IMG/VR virus record: IMGVR_UViG_3300042691_049071
Source: an uncultured virus (IMG/VR IMGVR_UViG_3300042691_049071)
Taxonomy: Duplodnaviria; Heunggongvirae; Uroviricota; Caudoviricetes
Length of the DNA stretch: 64,000 bases
Direction: 5' to 3' (one strand)
Part shown: in pieces, positions 29,296 to 39,033 of the stretch
How the letters are laid out: each line of letters opens with the position of its first letter
How positions within the stretch are numbered: the stretch's first letter is position 1
Notes under the pieces: generated by a model
Told to the model about the DNA's origin: nothing
Databases searched by the model: none
Seen by the model: the letters and a program-made list of their open reading frames with translations, nothing else
Translations under genes and position numbers: made by a program

Positions 29296-29848
29296 ACTGT
29301 CTCTTTACTTCCAAATAGGCGGCTTGATATTCAACAGGCTTAGTCGAGTCAATCCGTTTTGACTTTGCCAACGGCTTTTTATAACTAGGCTTCTCGTCCT
29401 GCCCACCACAAGCACACTGAGATTTCTTCAAGCCTTTCTTCTTGCAGTCGGAGCATCCACACATCCCATCCATAGAGTCCACCTTATATTTATTACTTCC
29501 ATTCGCAGGCAGGCTCTTTGACCAAAGATCTTTCCTTGCCCAATGGTTTGGGCTGAACACATCGTTCGCCGTGGACTGCCCAGATTTATTTTTAATTCCC
29601 GCCGATCGCGCTAAGTAGCTTTTCTTGGCTTCGGCACTGTAGTTGTTCTGATATCCAGTTGCGCCATAGTGGACAACCTTGACGCGATCACCTTTCTTCA
29701 CCAGTACGGCTCGCTTCTTGCCTGGTCGCCATGACTTAACTGGCTTGTTAAAACCAGGAAAGGTATGTCCAGCATAATTAATGCCGTCACCTTCCTTCTT
29801 GAGACAGCGCTTACCTGCCGAAATATATCCTTTGCCACACTGAGTCAT
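29279..29848 (-). CDS. Basic virion-associated hypothetical protein
   Basis: CGKGYISAGKRC leader; KKRAVLVKKGD..VHYGATGY..KSYLAR..SPNHWARKDLW resembles a small viral protein family. Confidence 0.65.
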   Translation of the reverse strand: MTQCGKGYISAGKRCLKKEGDGINYAGHTFPGFNKPVKSWRPGKKRAVLVKKGDRVKVVHYGATGYQNNYSAEAKKSYLARSAGIKNKSGQSTANDVFSPNHWARKDLWSKSLPANGSNKYKVDSMDGMCGCSDCKKKGLKKSQCACGGQDEKPSYKKPLAKSKRIDSTKPVEYQAAYLEVKRQYARPR

Positions 29849-29958
29849 GATTCAGATCTGAATACGTTGCCCGATAATAAGCGATCGCTAAATTAACTGC
29901 ATTCAAAATTCCCGAAGACGCGATCGCTACAGTTGCGGTATTTAGTAGTGCGACCATT

Positions 29959-30615
29959 ATGGCAAGTTTCGCAACAGCATCAGATGCGTTGACAGCAGCA
30001 TTAGCTGTTGTGGATGCTCGGCTAACGAATATAGATGTTAACGAAAAGCTTGAACTTTATCTGGAACTGATAAATCGTCGAGCCGCAATTCAACAGGCGA
30101 TCGCCGCTAGCGGAGGTGGTGGCACTGTTATTCAAAAGTCCAACGCCTTTCAAAGTTCCGCATCGCTCACTCGTGGTAACGCTATTACCACTTCTTATTT
30201 GGCGAACGATGTGATATTTGGAGCTTTTGAACTTCAAAACATTGGTAATAATGCTGGCTCCATCTTTCTTACGGAGATACACTTCGTAATGAACACCACA
30301 GCTCTTCCTAGCGGCATCGGAAATCTGCGAGCTTTTCTTTACAACGTTACGCCGCCAAGCGCTTACCTTGATAACAATGCCTTCTCTGTTCCGTCAGGCG
30401 ATCGCGCTTCAATTCTTACCCCTCAAGGCATTTCGTTGGGTACTCCAGCCCTCGCAAACGGAGGTGGCTCGCTAGTCCTTTCTCGCATGAACATAAACCA
30501 GCAATTCAAACTTTTAGGTACGTCTTTGTTTGGCTATTTGGTTACGGAGGGCGCATGGGTCCCTACAGCTAATCCAGAAACAGCAACGATTAGAGTAATG
30601 GCGATCGAGGCTTAA
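29959..30615 (+). CDS. Putative structural protein
   Basis: 218 aa, beta-rich; first gene of the plus-strand block. Confidence 0.6.
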   Translation: MASFATASDALTAALAVVDARLTNIDVNEKLELYLELINRRAAIQQAIAASGGGGTVIQKSNAFQSSASLTRGNAITTSYLANDVIFGAFELQNIGNNAGSIFLTEIHFVMNTTALPSGIGNLRAFLYNVTPPSAYLDNNAFSVPSGDRASILTPQGISLGTPALANGGGSLVLSRMNINQQFKLLGTSLFGYLVTEGAWVPTANPETATIRVMAIEA

Positions 30616-31404
30616 ATGAAAAGGAGTACTCAACAGATCATTCTTTCGGGCGCTTTAGATCCTGATACCCAAGCATATATCAATGCTGTTGAATTGACTG
30701 ATGGGCAACCATTAGAGCGCAATGTTCGTATCGGCGTTAATGAGTTTATTGTTGGCTGTAAGCAAGATGGAAATTGGAATGCGATCGCCTCTAGCTGTAT
30801 CCTTGCAGGAGCGCGAACTTTAGCAGGGGCATTGATTCCTCTTAAAGGTGTTGCGCCAAGCAATGTTAATTTTGTTGCCAGTGACTATAATCGCAAGACA
30901 GGTTTACTAGGCGATGGTAGTACCAAATACCTAAATACTAATAGAAATGACAATGCTGATCCTTTAAATGATTGTCACATATCTGCTTATGTAAGCCAGC
31001 CTAGCTCTCAGTCAGCGGGAGTTTATAGTTATATTGGTGCGTCGAAAGACGTTAGTTTTTATTCTGGCAGAATTATTCATCTAGATGTCGGAGGGGGTAT
31101 AAACGTTTTTATGCGATATGGTGAGAATCCTGCTATAGGAGCAAACACAGGTGGATTTATCGGAGGCTCTAGAAATAATGGTGTTGATTTTGTAGGGCGA
31201 ATTGCAAGGGCAAGCAGTACAATTACGCGAAGTTCGGACACTGCTGTAGCCATTCCTATCACTGTATTTGCTTTGAGTTATGGAGCCTCAATAATTAGAT
31301 ATAGTTCGCCACGTATTGTTTTTTACTCTATTGGGTCTTCTATTGATTTACTTAAGCTTGAATTTCGCGTCAACAATTTAGTCTCTGCATTAGGTGCGGT
31401 ATGA
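30616..31404 (+). CDS. Putative fibre/lectin-like structural protein
   Basis: DPDTQAYINAVE..DGQPLE..GCKQDGNW..ILAGARTL..DYNRKTGL motif, recurrent in aquatic phages. Confidence 0.6.
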   Translation: MKRSTQQIILSGALDPDTQAYINAVELTDGQPLERNVRIGVNEFIVGCKQDGNWNAIASSCILAGARTLAGALIPLKGVAPSNVNFVASDYNRKTGLLGDGSTKYLNTNRNDNADPLNDCHISAYVSQPSSQSAGVYSYIGASKDVSFYSGRIIHLDVGGGINVFMRYGENPAIGANTGGFIGGSRNNGVDFVGRIARASSTITRSSDTAVAIPITVFALSYGASIIRYSSPRIVFYSIGSSIDLLKLEFRVNNLVSALGAV

Positions 31405-31835
31405 ACAAACAGCAATTTATTCAATCAATAAAAACAGCTAATCCTGAATGGAATGCTCAGCAAATCGTGAGCTACGCAAATACACCTCGAACAATTCCCA
31501 ACCCTGTGAATCGCCCAACAGTGCCGAAACAGGTTAATTTTACTGCGGTCTCCTCTCAAATCGTGGCAGCCGATCGCGTCAAAATTCAAAATCAACTAAA
31601 AGGTACTTACGAATCGCTTCTTACTAATATTAATAAAGGGCAAGTGCAAGATGTGGGCTTGGATGTTGAGAACTTAATCGGGAGTGGACTACTAAGCGCT
31701 GAAACGATTACTATTCTGCAATCAGCGATCGCCGAAGTAATCGCGGGAGAACCCGATCCTAATTGGCAACCTACAGTGTATCAACCTCCCTATGCAGATC
31801 ACGGGTTAACGCCAGTGCTACTTGATGAAGTTTGA
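31401..31835 (+). CDS. Hypothetical protein (possible fibre chaperone)
   Basis: 144-aa ORF with ATGA overlap. Confidence 0.6.
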   Translation: MNKQQFIQSIKTANPEWNAQQIVSYANTPRTIPNPVNRPTVPKQVNFTAVSSQIVAADRVKIQNQLKGTYESLLTNINKGQVQDVGLDVENLIGSGLLSAETITILQSAIAEVIAGEPDPNWQPTVYQPPYADHGLTPVLLDEV

Positions 31836-31873
31836 GTGGCGATCGCTAATACGGGTAATTCGTTTTTTGCTTT

Positions 31874-31907
31874 GGATGGGTTTGATAGTTTAAGCCCATC
31901 CTTTTTT
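31874..31907 (+). terminator. Intrinsic terminator-like hairpin
   Basis: GGATGGGTTT..AAGCCCATCC followed by a T-run. Confidence 0.6.
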
Positions 31908-31917
31908 ATTGAGCCAA

Positions 31918-32784
31918 ATGGCGACGAACACTTTTAGTTTTCGGCAGGGCGATAGTTATACGATTGGCATTAGACTTGATGCCAGTTATGACATCTTAGG
32001 CTTGCAAGAAATTAAGGTTTCCTTGTTTGGTAATACGTTTGCGCCTAACACTACCGTAGACCCCAGGGTATTCAAGATTGAGATCTCTTCCGATGAGTCG
32101 GCAGCGTTAAGTTCTAGTTACTACCCTCTTGAATTACTTCTTGATGACGTTAATTTTGGGGTTAAGAAATTTGTTCTAGCGATCGCTTACGCCACCCCTT
32201 CAGCAACAGCTAGTAATGGCTCGATAAATACTGGCTACGACATAATCCTAGACGTAAAGATCTCCGATACCCCAATCGAGATCACTTCCACTGTAATTAC
32301 TCTTGTTAGGGGGGAAAAGGGAGATAAGGGGGATAAAGGCGATCAGGGGGCGGATGGAGAAGTCTCGGATGGAGACAAAGGTGATGTGATTGTCTCTGGT
32401 AGTGGCAGCAATTGGGCAATCAACCCATCCGCCAAGAATCAAGCTGTAACTCAATCATATCTAGCGGGTGCTTCGCTTAGCGCTCTTAGATTGGTAAAAT
32501 TAAACGCCTCAAATCAGCTTGTATATGCTGATAGTTCTACCGATGCGACAGTATTAGGCTTAACCTTTCAGGCTGTTTCTAGTGGTGTTGCACCTATCAC
32601 TGTCTTAAGTGGATTGGTAACAGATTCTAGCTGGAGTTGGGTAAGAGGATCGCCGCTATATCTCGGTTCTAATGGTCAACTTTCTGCTTCCATCCCCTTA
32701 TCTGGCTTTATTGTTCCAGTCGGGAATGCTGAAGCGCCAACAATTGTAAACATTAATATTATGCAAGGAGTGCAAATAAGCTAA
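31918..32784 (+). CDS. Fibre/spike protein with short collagen-like stretch
   Basis: GEKGDKGDKGDQGADG; C-terminal LYLGSNGQLS..P..GF..VG domain. Confidence 0.7.
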   Translation: MATNTFSFRQGDSYTIGIRLDASYDILGLQEIKVSLFGNTFAPNTTVDPRVFKIEISSDESAALSSSYYPLELLLDDVNFGVKKFVLAIAYATPSATASNGSINTGYDIILDVKISDTPIEITSTVITLVRGEKGDKGDKGDQGADGEVSDGDKGDVIVSGSGSNWAINPSAKNQAVTQSYLAGASLSALRLVKLNASNQLVYADSSTDATVLGLTFQAVSSGVAPITVLSGLVTDSSWSWVRGSPLYLGSNGQLSASIPLSGFIVPVGNAEAPTIVNINIMQGVQIS

Positions 32785-33293
32785 TGACTACCAACAAGTT
32801 TCTAACTTTTCTATCCAATAAAATCCAACTCGTTACAGCGATCGCATCAAGCGCGGGTGTTGGTGACGCAAATAAGATCATTGCTACTGGCTCTGACGGC
32901 AAACTTGACAGCACACTCATGCCTACGGGGATTGGTGCTGACACTCAATCAGTTGTGGCTAGTGAGAACCTTTCGGCTGGTGATTGGGTAAACGTTTATG
33001 ACAACGGCGGTACTCCCAATGTCCGCAAGGCAGACGCAAACCCTGAAAGAGCCGCAACTGGGTTTGTATTATCTTCGGTAACAAGCGCTTCTAACGCAAC
33101 TGTTTACAGGGCTGGAACAAATACAGGTCGAACAGGTTTGACCACTGGTACTTACTACTATCTGTCTGCAACGGCTGGAGGTGAATCTGCTACAGCCCCA
33201 ACAACTTCGGGTGATGTGATTCAAGGTCTAGGCTACGCTAGTTCTACTACCGCGATCGCGTTCCAGCCTACGACCCCTATCGCAGTAGCTTAA
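32784..33293 (+). CDS. Capsid fibre/decoration-like protein
   Basis: ASENLSAGDWVNV..RKADA..GFV..GLTTGTYYYLS. Confidence 0.65.
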   Translation: MTTNKFLTFLSNKIQLVTAIASSAGVGDANKIIATGSDGKLDSTLMPTGIGADTQSVVASENLSAGDWVNVYDNGGTPNVRKADANPERAATGFVLSSVTSASNATVYRAGTNTGRTGLTTGTYYYLSATAGGESATAPTTSGDVIQGLGYASSTTAIAFQPTTPIAVA

Positions 33294-33296
33294 TAA

Positions 33297-33809
33297 ATGA
33301 CTCCTAAATTCCTTTCGTTTTTATCAAATAAAATCCAACTTTTATCAGCGATCGCCAGTTCATCAGGATCTAGCGACGCTGATAAAATTGTTGCGACTGA
33401 TTCAGGCGGGAAAATTGATAGAAGCTTTTTAAGCCGTGTCGTCTCTCTCATCGACGCTGCGGTAATAACACCAAATGCCAATACTACCGATATTGGGATT
33501 CTCACCCTCTCGCAAAGTACAACCTTTGCTAATCCTACTGGAACGCCTACTGACGGGCAACTACTTCAAATAAGAATTACTAGCAGTACAAGCCGTTCTA
33601 TTTCTTTTGGCACTGCTTATGAAGCAGCTAGTTCCCTCACGTTACCATTGGCTACTACTGGTGGCGGCGCTGAAGACTGGATCGCTTTTCGATGGAATGG
33701 AACTAAGTGGAAATTAGTCGCCACAACGATCGGAGTGTCATCGCCGCCAAGCTTCACGATCGCGGAAGTCGTAGAAGAAGTAACTTCATTAATAATTGCA
33801 ATGGGGTAA
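33297..33809 (+). CDS. Fibre-tip-like protein, N-terminus paralogous to 32784-33293
   Basis: Shared KFLxFLSNKIQLxxAIASSxG..DA.KI.AT; TFANPTGTPTDGQ domain. Confidence 0.65.
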   Translation: MTPKFLSFLSNKIQLLSAIASSSGSSDADKIVATDSGGKIDRSFLSRVVSLIDAAVITPNANTTDIGILTLSQSTTFANPTGTPTDGQLLQIRITSSTSRSISFGTAYEAASSLTLPLATTGGGAEDWIAFRWNGTKWKLVATTIGVSSPPSFTIAEVVEEVTSLIIAMG

Positions 33810-33812
33810 TAA

Positions 33813-34376
33813 ATGAAAACGCTGATTAAAAATTACACCTTCAACCCTACTGCAAAGACGGTCACATTTACCGACTACACATCGATTTTGCCAGAGCGAA
33901 TACTGCAAATAGCCAATGTTACTGACGGCATTGTTATCTATCAATTTAATCAATCCGCAAAAATCGGCACTGTATCAGGTAATGTTTTGACTTTGGTATT
34001 TAATACTACAGGAATGTCAAACACCGACGTTCTCCAAATCTTTTATGATGATGGGGAAGTAGGGGCAAATTTATCTGAACAATTAGTACACGAAGATTTG
34101 CTTTACACACTAAATGAAGCATTACAGCGATTAAACAAGATAGCTGCTGCTTGTGGTATTGCTGCTGATCTACGTGTAACCCTGCTAGGCGGTACAACTT
34201 CTGTAACAGGCACATTAACAGGTGTAACTACAGTAACGACTGTCAGCACGGTAACGACTGTCAGCACGGTGACAAACCTAACTCAAATAGGAGCGCAACC
34301 AGCAACACAGGTAATCCCTGCAATACAAAACCAAACAGCAATTTTAAACAATATTCTTAATTTGGCGGTGACATAA
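33813..34376 (+). CDS. Structural protein with Thr/Val repeats
   Basis: YTFNPTAKTVTF..NVTDGIVIY; 18-nt tandem repeat at 34233-34268. Confidence 0.65.
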   Translation: MKTLIKNYTFNPTAKTVTFTDYTSILPERILQIANVTDGIVIYQFNQSAKIGTVSGNVLTLVFNTTGMSNTDVLQIFYDDGEVGANLSEQLVHEDLLYTLNEALQRLNKIAAACGIAADLRVTLLGGTTSVTGTLTGVTTVTTVSTVTTVSTVTNLTQIGAQPATQVIPAIQNQTAILNNILNLAVT

Positions 34377-35815
34377 TGCCTTTAACCCAGAAAAATATAG
34401 CAGGGGTGCATAGTAAGCAGTTTGAGCAACTTACCCCCTGTCCAGTGGCAACATCGACAGGTTCGTTCATTGTTGCAGACAGCACAGGGCGATCCAACCT
34501 AGTTTTATTCGTTTCTAGTGCTACGGTTCACTACCTTTGGCACAACAACGAACAAGGATGGGTACAAATTCCGTCAGGTGCGCTTGCTGGTACTTTTGGT
34601 GCAGGTTCTTGTGGAGTATTTCACCCTTGGTCTATTGCTTATACAGCTAACGGTGGTTCTACAACTACGGTTACAGTGGCTTTAAGTACCCATAATATTA
34701 ATGGATTAGCCGTCGGTCAGACAATTGAGTTCTTAAATGCTTCCAATATTGGACTACGCCGAACAGTAACAGAGATTCGCACTGGTGGAGTAGCTGGTAA
34801 TACAATTACCCTTACTCTTAATTCTCCATTACCTAACGCTGTAGCTAACACTAATACTTTTAGGCTTACTACAGGGCGCTTTTTTGTACTTTGCGCTGGT
34901 ACTTTAGCTACTAACTCTTTTAAAGCTTTTGATGTTGGTACTTATGCGTGGTCAGCGTCTCTTACAATTACAGGATTATCTGCATCATGGGGTACTGATG
35001 GCGACATGACGCTAGCCTATCATGTGGGCAAGCCATTTGCGACGGGAACTCTAGATAGTGCAACAGGTACTACTTTCACTGATTCAAAAACATGGACTGC
35101 AAGCCAATGGATTAACTCAGTAATTCGGATTACGGGCGGTCTAGGGATTGGTCAAACCCGTGTAATCACGGCTAACACATCAACTCAAGGCACTGTCGCA
35201 ACTTGGACAACAACTCCTGACGCTACTAGTACCTATGAGATAGAAGGCGATGAGAACTTTATATATTTGGTAGGCAATAACGCTGTCACCATGTATAAAT
35301 ACAGTATATCCGCTAATACATGGGCAACCGTAGCACCTACAGTAGCTAGAGGTGGCGCACCAGTTGCAGGTTGTAGTTTTGACTGGATTGGAAAAACTAA
35401 CAATACAGAGCTAGACAACGAAAACAATATTTTTGCAGGACGCTATATCTATTCGTTTAGAGGTGGCAATACAGCTACGTTAGATCGTTTTGATATTGCT
35501 GGTGGTACAGGCGGCGCAGGTACATGGGAAGCTATTACCTATATCGGTGCGGAAACATTTGGGAGTGGCTCTCACTACACTTGGAAAGGGAGCTACATCT
35601 ATATCCAGAAGGAAGCAACTTCCCGCTTCTTCAAGTTCTCAGTACGCGGTAATTATTTAGAACCTTTTGCCACAAACATTTATACCAACGGCGCGGCGGC
35701 AATTGGCAATCGTATGTGGACTTGGAGTTATCAAGAGAGTGAAGTGGACAAGGTTTCTTGGCTCTATTCCTTGGGGCAAACTCTCACTGTTTTACACCGT
35801 ATTATGCTGTTCTAG
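34376..35815 (+). CDS. Beta-rich, Kelch/propeller-like putative receptor-binding protein
   Basis: Repeated IY..G/YKYSISANTW and IYSFRGG..LDRFDI blades; Thr/Gly-rich. Confidence 0.6.
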   Translation: MPLTQKNIAGVHSKQFEQLTPCPVATSTGSFIVADSTGRSNLVLFVSSATVHYLWHNNEQGWVQIPSGALAGTFGAGSCGVFHPWSIAYTANGGSTTTVTVALSTHNINGLAVGQTIEFLNASNIGLRRTVTEIRTGGVAGNTITLTLNSPLPNAVANTNTFRLTTGRFFVLCAGTLATNSFKAFDVGTYAWSASLTITGLSASWGTDGDMTLAYHVGKPFATGTLDSATGTTFTDSKTWTASQWINSVIRITGGLGIGQTRVITANTSTQGTVATWTTTPDATSTYEIEGDENFIYLVGNNAVTMYKYSISANTWATVAPTVARGGAPVAGCSFDWIGKTNNTELDNENNIFAGRYIYSFRGGNTATLDRFDIAGGTGGAGTWEAITYIGAETFGSGSHYTWKGSYIYIQKEATSRFFKFSVRGNYLEPFATNIYTNGAAAIGNRMWTWSYQESEVDKVSWLYSLGQTLTVLHRIMLF

Positions 35816-35908
35816 AGGTACTTATAGCAGTTATTGAATCGCAAATACATACACAATCTCATGTTATATCGAAAACGAGCGATCACAGCGCAATATATTG
35901 CTAACCCT

Positions 35909-36571
35909 ATGGAGACATTGATCGCCATCTTACCTCAAAACCAAAAAGCGACAGAAGGGCAACCTGTGCAGCAACCTCTTCAATGGGATATCCCAAAGGA
36001 GATAGCTGCTTACTCACCATTGGCAACCCCAATATTTATTATTGGTCTTATCGCTTGGAGGAAATGGGGTCAGCGATGGTACGATCGCTACAAAAGTCAA
36101 CTGCTTCGACCTTACCGAATCATCGAGCAAATCGAAAATAATATGCAGGTGATTCGAGCTATGGCAAATGCACACAGAGCCATGCTTCTAGAGGTTGACA
36201 CAAAATTAAGTGATTTAAAAATCGTCAATCAAACCGTAATGGACGCAGGGATCGCCGAACTATCCTTGGAGTTCAATCAAGAGCAAACGGAGTGTATCAA
36301 GGCGATCGTCAATCGTTTTAAAGAGAGTAATTTCATTCTTCGCGAAGTGGAAAAGATCCCCGAAGGCCCCTATCGCGGATTCATGCTTCAACGGGGGATT
36401 TGCTGGATTATTTACTGTAAATTAGGGGAATCTGATTCAAAAGTATGGTTTGTGGCTCTGCATTACCGCTACGAGATCTACACGAATTACGAGAATGCTC
36501 ACAAAAAATTGAGACAGGAGATTGCTGACCTGTGCTCTCAAACTTATTCTTTGCTCCTTCAAAAGCCATAA
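35909..36571 (+). CDS. Single-TM protein with GAF-like soluble domain (candidate T4-T-type holin)
   Basis: TM PIFIIGLIAW followed by ANAHRAMLLEV..GFMLQRGICWIIYC..FVALHY. Start uncertain. Confidence 0.4.
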   Translation: METLIAILPQNQKATEGQPVQQPLQWDIPKEIAAYSPLATPIFIIGLIAWRKWGQRWYDRYKSQLLRPYRIIEQIENNMQVIRAMANAHRAMLLEVDTKLSDLKIVNQTVMDAGIAELSLEFNQEQTECIKAIVNRFKESNFILREVEKIPEGPYRGFMLQRGICWIIYCKLGESDSKVWFVALHYRYEIYTNYENAHKKLRQEIADLCSQTYSLLLQKP

Positions 36572-36631
36572 TATGCCAGATTTTAAAAGCTCTATACTTA
36601 GGGGGGGATTCAGAAAGAAGAGTTTAGGGGG

Positions 36632-37051
36632 TCAGGCAAACCCAGCTTGATCCTGCCCAGATAATGTGGCGATCGCCAACCATTCCGCCAATCCGTTAGA
36701 AAAACCCTCGTCGTTATACTCATCAAGTTTGTAGATAGAGTCAATGCGATCGCGCACTTCTTCCAGCGATAGTCCCTCGCCTTGCCACTGCTTTAGCTTT
36801 CGCCCAATCACTTGAGTGAATTTTTCAATTTCTGGGGCTAGGTTTTCTTGCGCTAATTGGGAGATGCGATCGCGTAAATCGTTTTCCTCAATATCGGCAA
36901 TCTCGTCGTCAAACCTTTCTAGGTATTCGGGGTTCTCTTGGTCAATGCGATCGCGGAGTAACTGCATCGCGTCGTCGAACAGAATGTCGATTTCGCTAGG
37001 TGCGATCACATCAGTCCTGTAGCCAAGCTTTTCTAATACTTCGAGCTTCAT
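36632..37051 (-). CDS. Head protein resembling the C-terminal helical part of Mu gp29 (DUF935)
   Basis: SLEEVRDRIDSIY..FSNGLAEWLAIATLSG; ATG at 37051. Confidence 0.5.
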   Translation of the reverse strand: MKLEVLEKLGYRTDVIAPSEIDILFDDAMQLLRDRIDQENPEYLERFDDEIADIEENDLRDRISQLAQENLAPEIEKFTQVIGRKLKQWQGEGLSLEEVRDRIDSIYKLDEYNDEGFSNGLAEWLAIATLSGQDQAGFA

Positions 37052-37269
37052 AGTTTTAACCCTAAATCTTTGCAGGCTTTGACAGCATCTTTCTCTGAGT
37101 CGGCGGCGTACAGGCAGAACTTGTCGGCGATCGCCTGTACCTTCCACAAACCCGCCCATCCTTGTTCGATCTCAACTGGTTCTTGTGTATTCACAATGTT
37201 AGTGACACGAATCAAGGTGTTGCTGAGCAGGTGGGAGTTCTGAATATCTTCGAGTGTTAATTTTGCCAT
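37048..37269 (-). CDS. Hypothetical protein
   Basis: 73 aa, coupled to the portal stop. Confidence 0.6.
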   Translation of the reverse strand: MAKLTLEDIQNSHLLSNTLIRVTNIVNTQEPVEIEQGWAGLWKVQAIADKFCLYAADSEKDAVKACKDLGLKL

Positions 37270-38919
37270 TTACTTGAGTCGTCCCTCAACCCACATCTTA
37301 GCAAAGGGAGAGTCCAAATCTTTAAACAACCGAGAAGCGATTTCTACTGCCGAGATGGAGTCCTGTTTAACACCTTCTTCGGGAGGTGTATCTGTTTGAC
37401 CTTGATCTGCTCCTTGATCACCAAAGTAGTCGCCACCATACGCCTGTAGAGCTGCAAGCTCTTGTTGTTGCTTGGCTAATTTTTCATCTTGCTTCAGCTT
37501 CTCCCACGCTTCTTTGTCTAGGGAGACCTCGTAGGAGTACTCTGTTCCACCGTAGAGGCTAGCGCGAACTTCATCCTTCGTAAGAGCGCCCGACTGAGTT
37601 TGCAATGCGATAAGCATATTAGTATGAGCAGTTTGATTGGCTACTTCATCCTTGCGACTCTCTACATAGAGAGGTCTAAAATTATAAGACCATCCATCGG
37701 GAATCTTGCCCTTGGTGGGACCATCTTGGGCGAGCCAAATATACTTGTAAAGCATATCCAACTTGCGGTGACGATAGTTCTGCTCTTGGTAAGCGGCAAC
37801 GGTTTTTGACCAGACCTGATCTTCGGTTTCGCCAGTACCACCTGCCGCCAGCCCCTTTGGACCACGCCCAAAGATCATTGTGTAGGGAATACCCACGGCA
37901 GCAACCAGATCTTCTTGAAAGCTCGCCTTCATATCGGACAAGCCTTGGTAGTTCCGCACCAGATAGGTGAGGTCATCTTCCGAGTCTACCGACACCGCCC
38001 CTAGCTTCCGCATCTGCATCTTCATAGCGCGGAACTGTTCTGAAAGAATGGTTAAAGCTTTTGGCACTCCATTGGTAGTGGCAGCTCCACCAGCAGCTTT
38101 TTCTTGGGCAAGATTTTGCTTGATCAGGTTCTGAAGATTCTTCATTTTGTGGAGAAGAATCGTGTGATCTTGAATCATCTCCGCCATTGCGTCGGAGACC
38201 TTTGTGTAGCGAGCAATTTCTTTGAGCGCCGAAACAATTAGCGGGTCGCCCCATCCGCCTGTCGATCGCAGTAACCTTGGAGGAAGACGAGTACCGTCAA
38301 ATCTAATAATCCGCGATTTATGAATTAGGTTGAACGAGGTGTAGTTTGAGCCTAACTTATCTAGCTTGGATTTCGATTCTTGGGAGTAAAAGACCTGATA
38401 AAAGTCGGGGTCATCCGAGGGTGCGTCAAGGTTAGGGAAATACGGGCGGATATCCTGCGGGTCAAGCTCGTAGATACCTTTAATGGTTTTAATTTTTGCC
38501 GTATTGACTGGCTCATTGGGAGGTAGCCCATCGTCAATATTTAGCAGTAATGCTGCACCACCATAAATGTTTGCTAGCCAGTCAGTTTTATTGAATTTGT
38601 ACTTTGCTTCGATTCTTTCTTCGTACTGCTCAAAGGCTGTCGCAATCTTGCGATCGGTATCCTTGACTAAGCTAATCTCAGTCCATTTTCTTGTTGCCTC
38701 ATCAGGAAACACCGAGACAATTTTCTTTCCTAGCCAATCTCTAGATAGCTCTTCAAGAGCTTTGTAGCTTAATCTACGCCGATCGCCCGTGTTGTTCATT
38801 CCCAGATCGTTCTGAGCGAGTAAGTTGTTGTTATACTCAGCTTCATAGAGCGCATCAATAATGGCTCCGTCTTGTCTCACGTAGACTTCGGGGTGATCTG
38901 TTTCTTTGGGCATATTCAA
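37270..38919 (-). CDS. Portal protein, DUF1073-type
   Basis: KIVSVFPDEATRKW, ANIYGGAALL, IHKSRIIRFDG, GWGDP, AAVGIPYTMIFGRGPKGL, FRPL. Confidence 0.85.
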   Translation of the reverse strand: MNMPKETDHPEVYVRQDGAIIDALYEAEYNNNLLAQNDLGMNNTGDRRRLSYKALEELSRDWLGKKIVSVFPDEATRKWTEISLVKDTDRKIATAFEQYEERIEAKYKFNKTDWLANIYGGAALLLNIDDGLPPNEPVNTAKIKTIKGIYELDPQDIRPYFPNLDAPSDDPDFYQVFYSQESKSKLDKLGSNYTSFNLIHKSRIIRFDGTRLPPRLLRSTGGWGDPLIVSALKEIARYTKVSDAMAEMIQDHTILLHKMKNLQNLIKQNLAQEKAAGGAATTNGVPKALTILSEQFRAMKMQMRKLGAVSVDSEDDLTYLVRNYQGLSDMKASFQEDLVAAVGIPYTMIFGRGPKGLAAGGTGETEDQVWSKTVAAYQEQNYRHRKLDMLYKYIWLAQDGPTKGKIPDGWSYNFRPLYVESRKDEVANQTAHTNMLIALQTQSGALTKDEVRASLYGGTEYSYEVSLDKEAWEKLKQDEKLAKQQQELAALQAYGGDYFGDQGADQGQTDTPPEEGVKQDSISAVEIASRLFKDLDSPFAKMWVEGRLK

Positions 38920-39033
38920 TAGCGATCGCGTATGTCCATCTGACAGGCGATCGCCACTGAATCAGGAGTATTTGCTAAAAAAGCAAAACAGGACTGCGTT
39001 GGCAATCCTGTTTTAGGTGATTCAGATCGGAAT

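Noticed and set aside
29959..36571. Invertible fibre cassette or diversity-generating retroelement
   Set aside because: No invertase, reverse transcriptase, flanking inverted repeats or TR/VR pair were found by eye.
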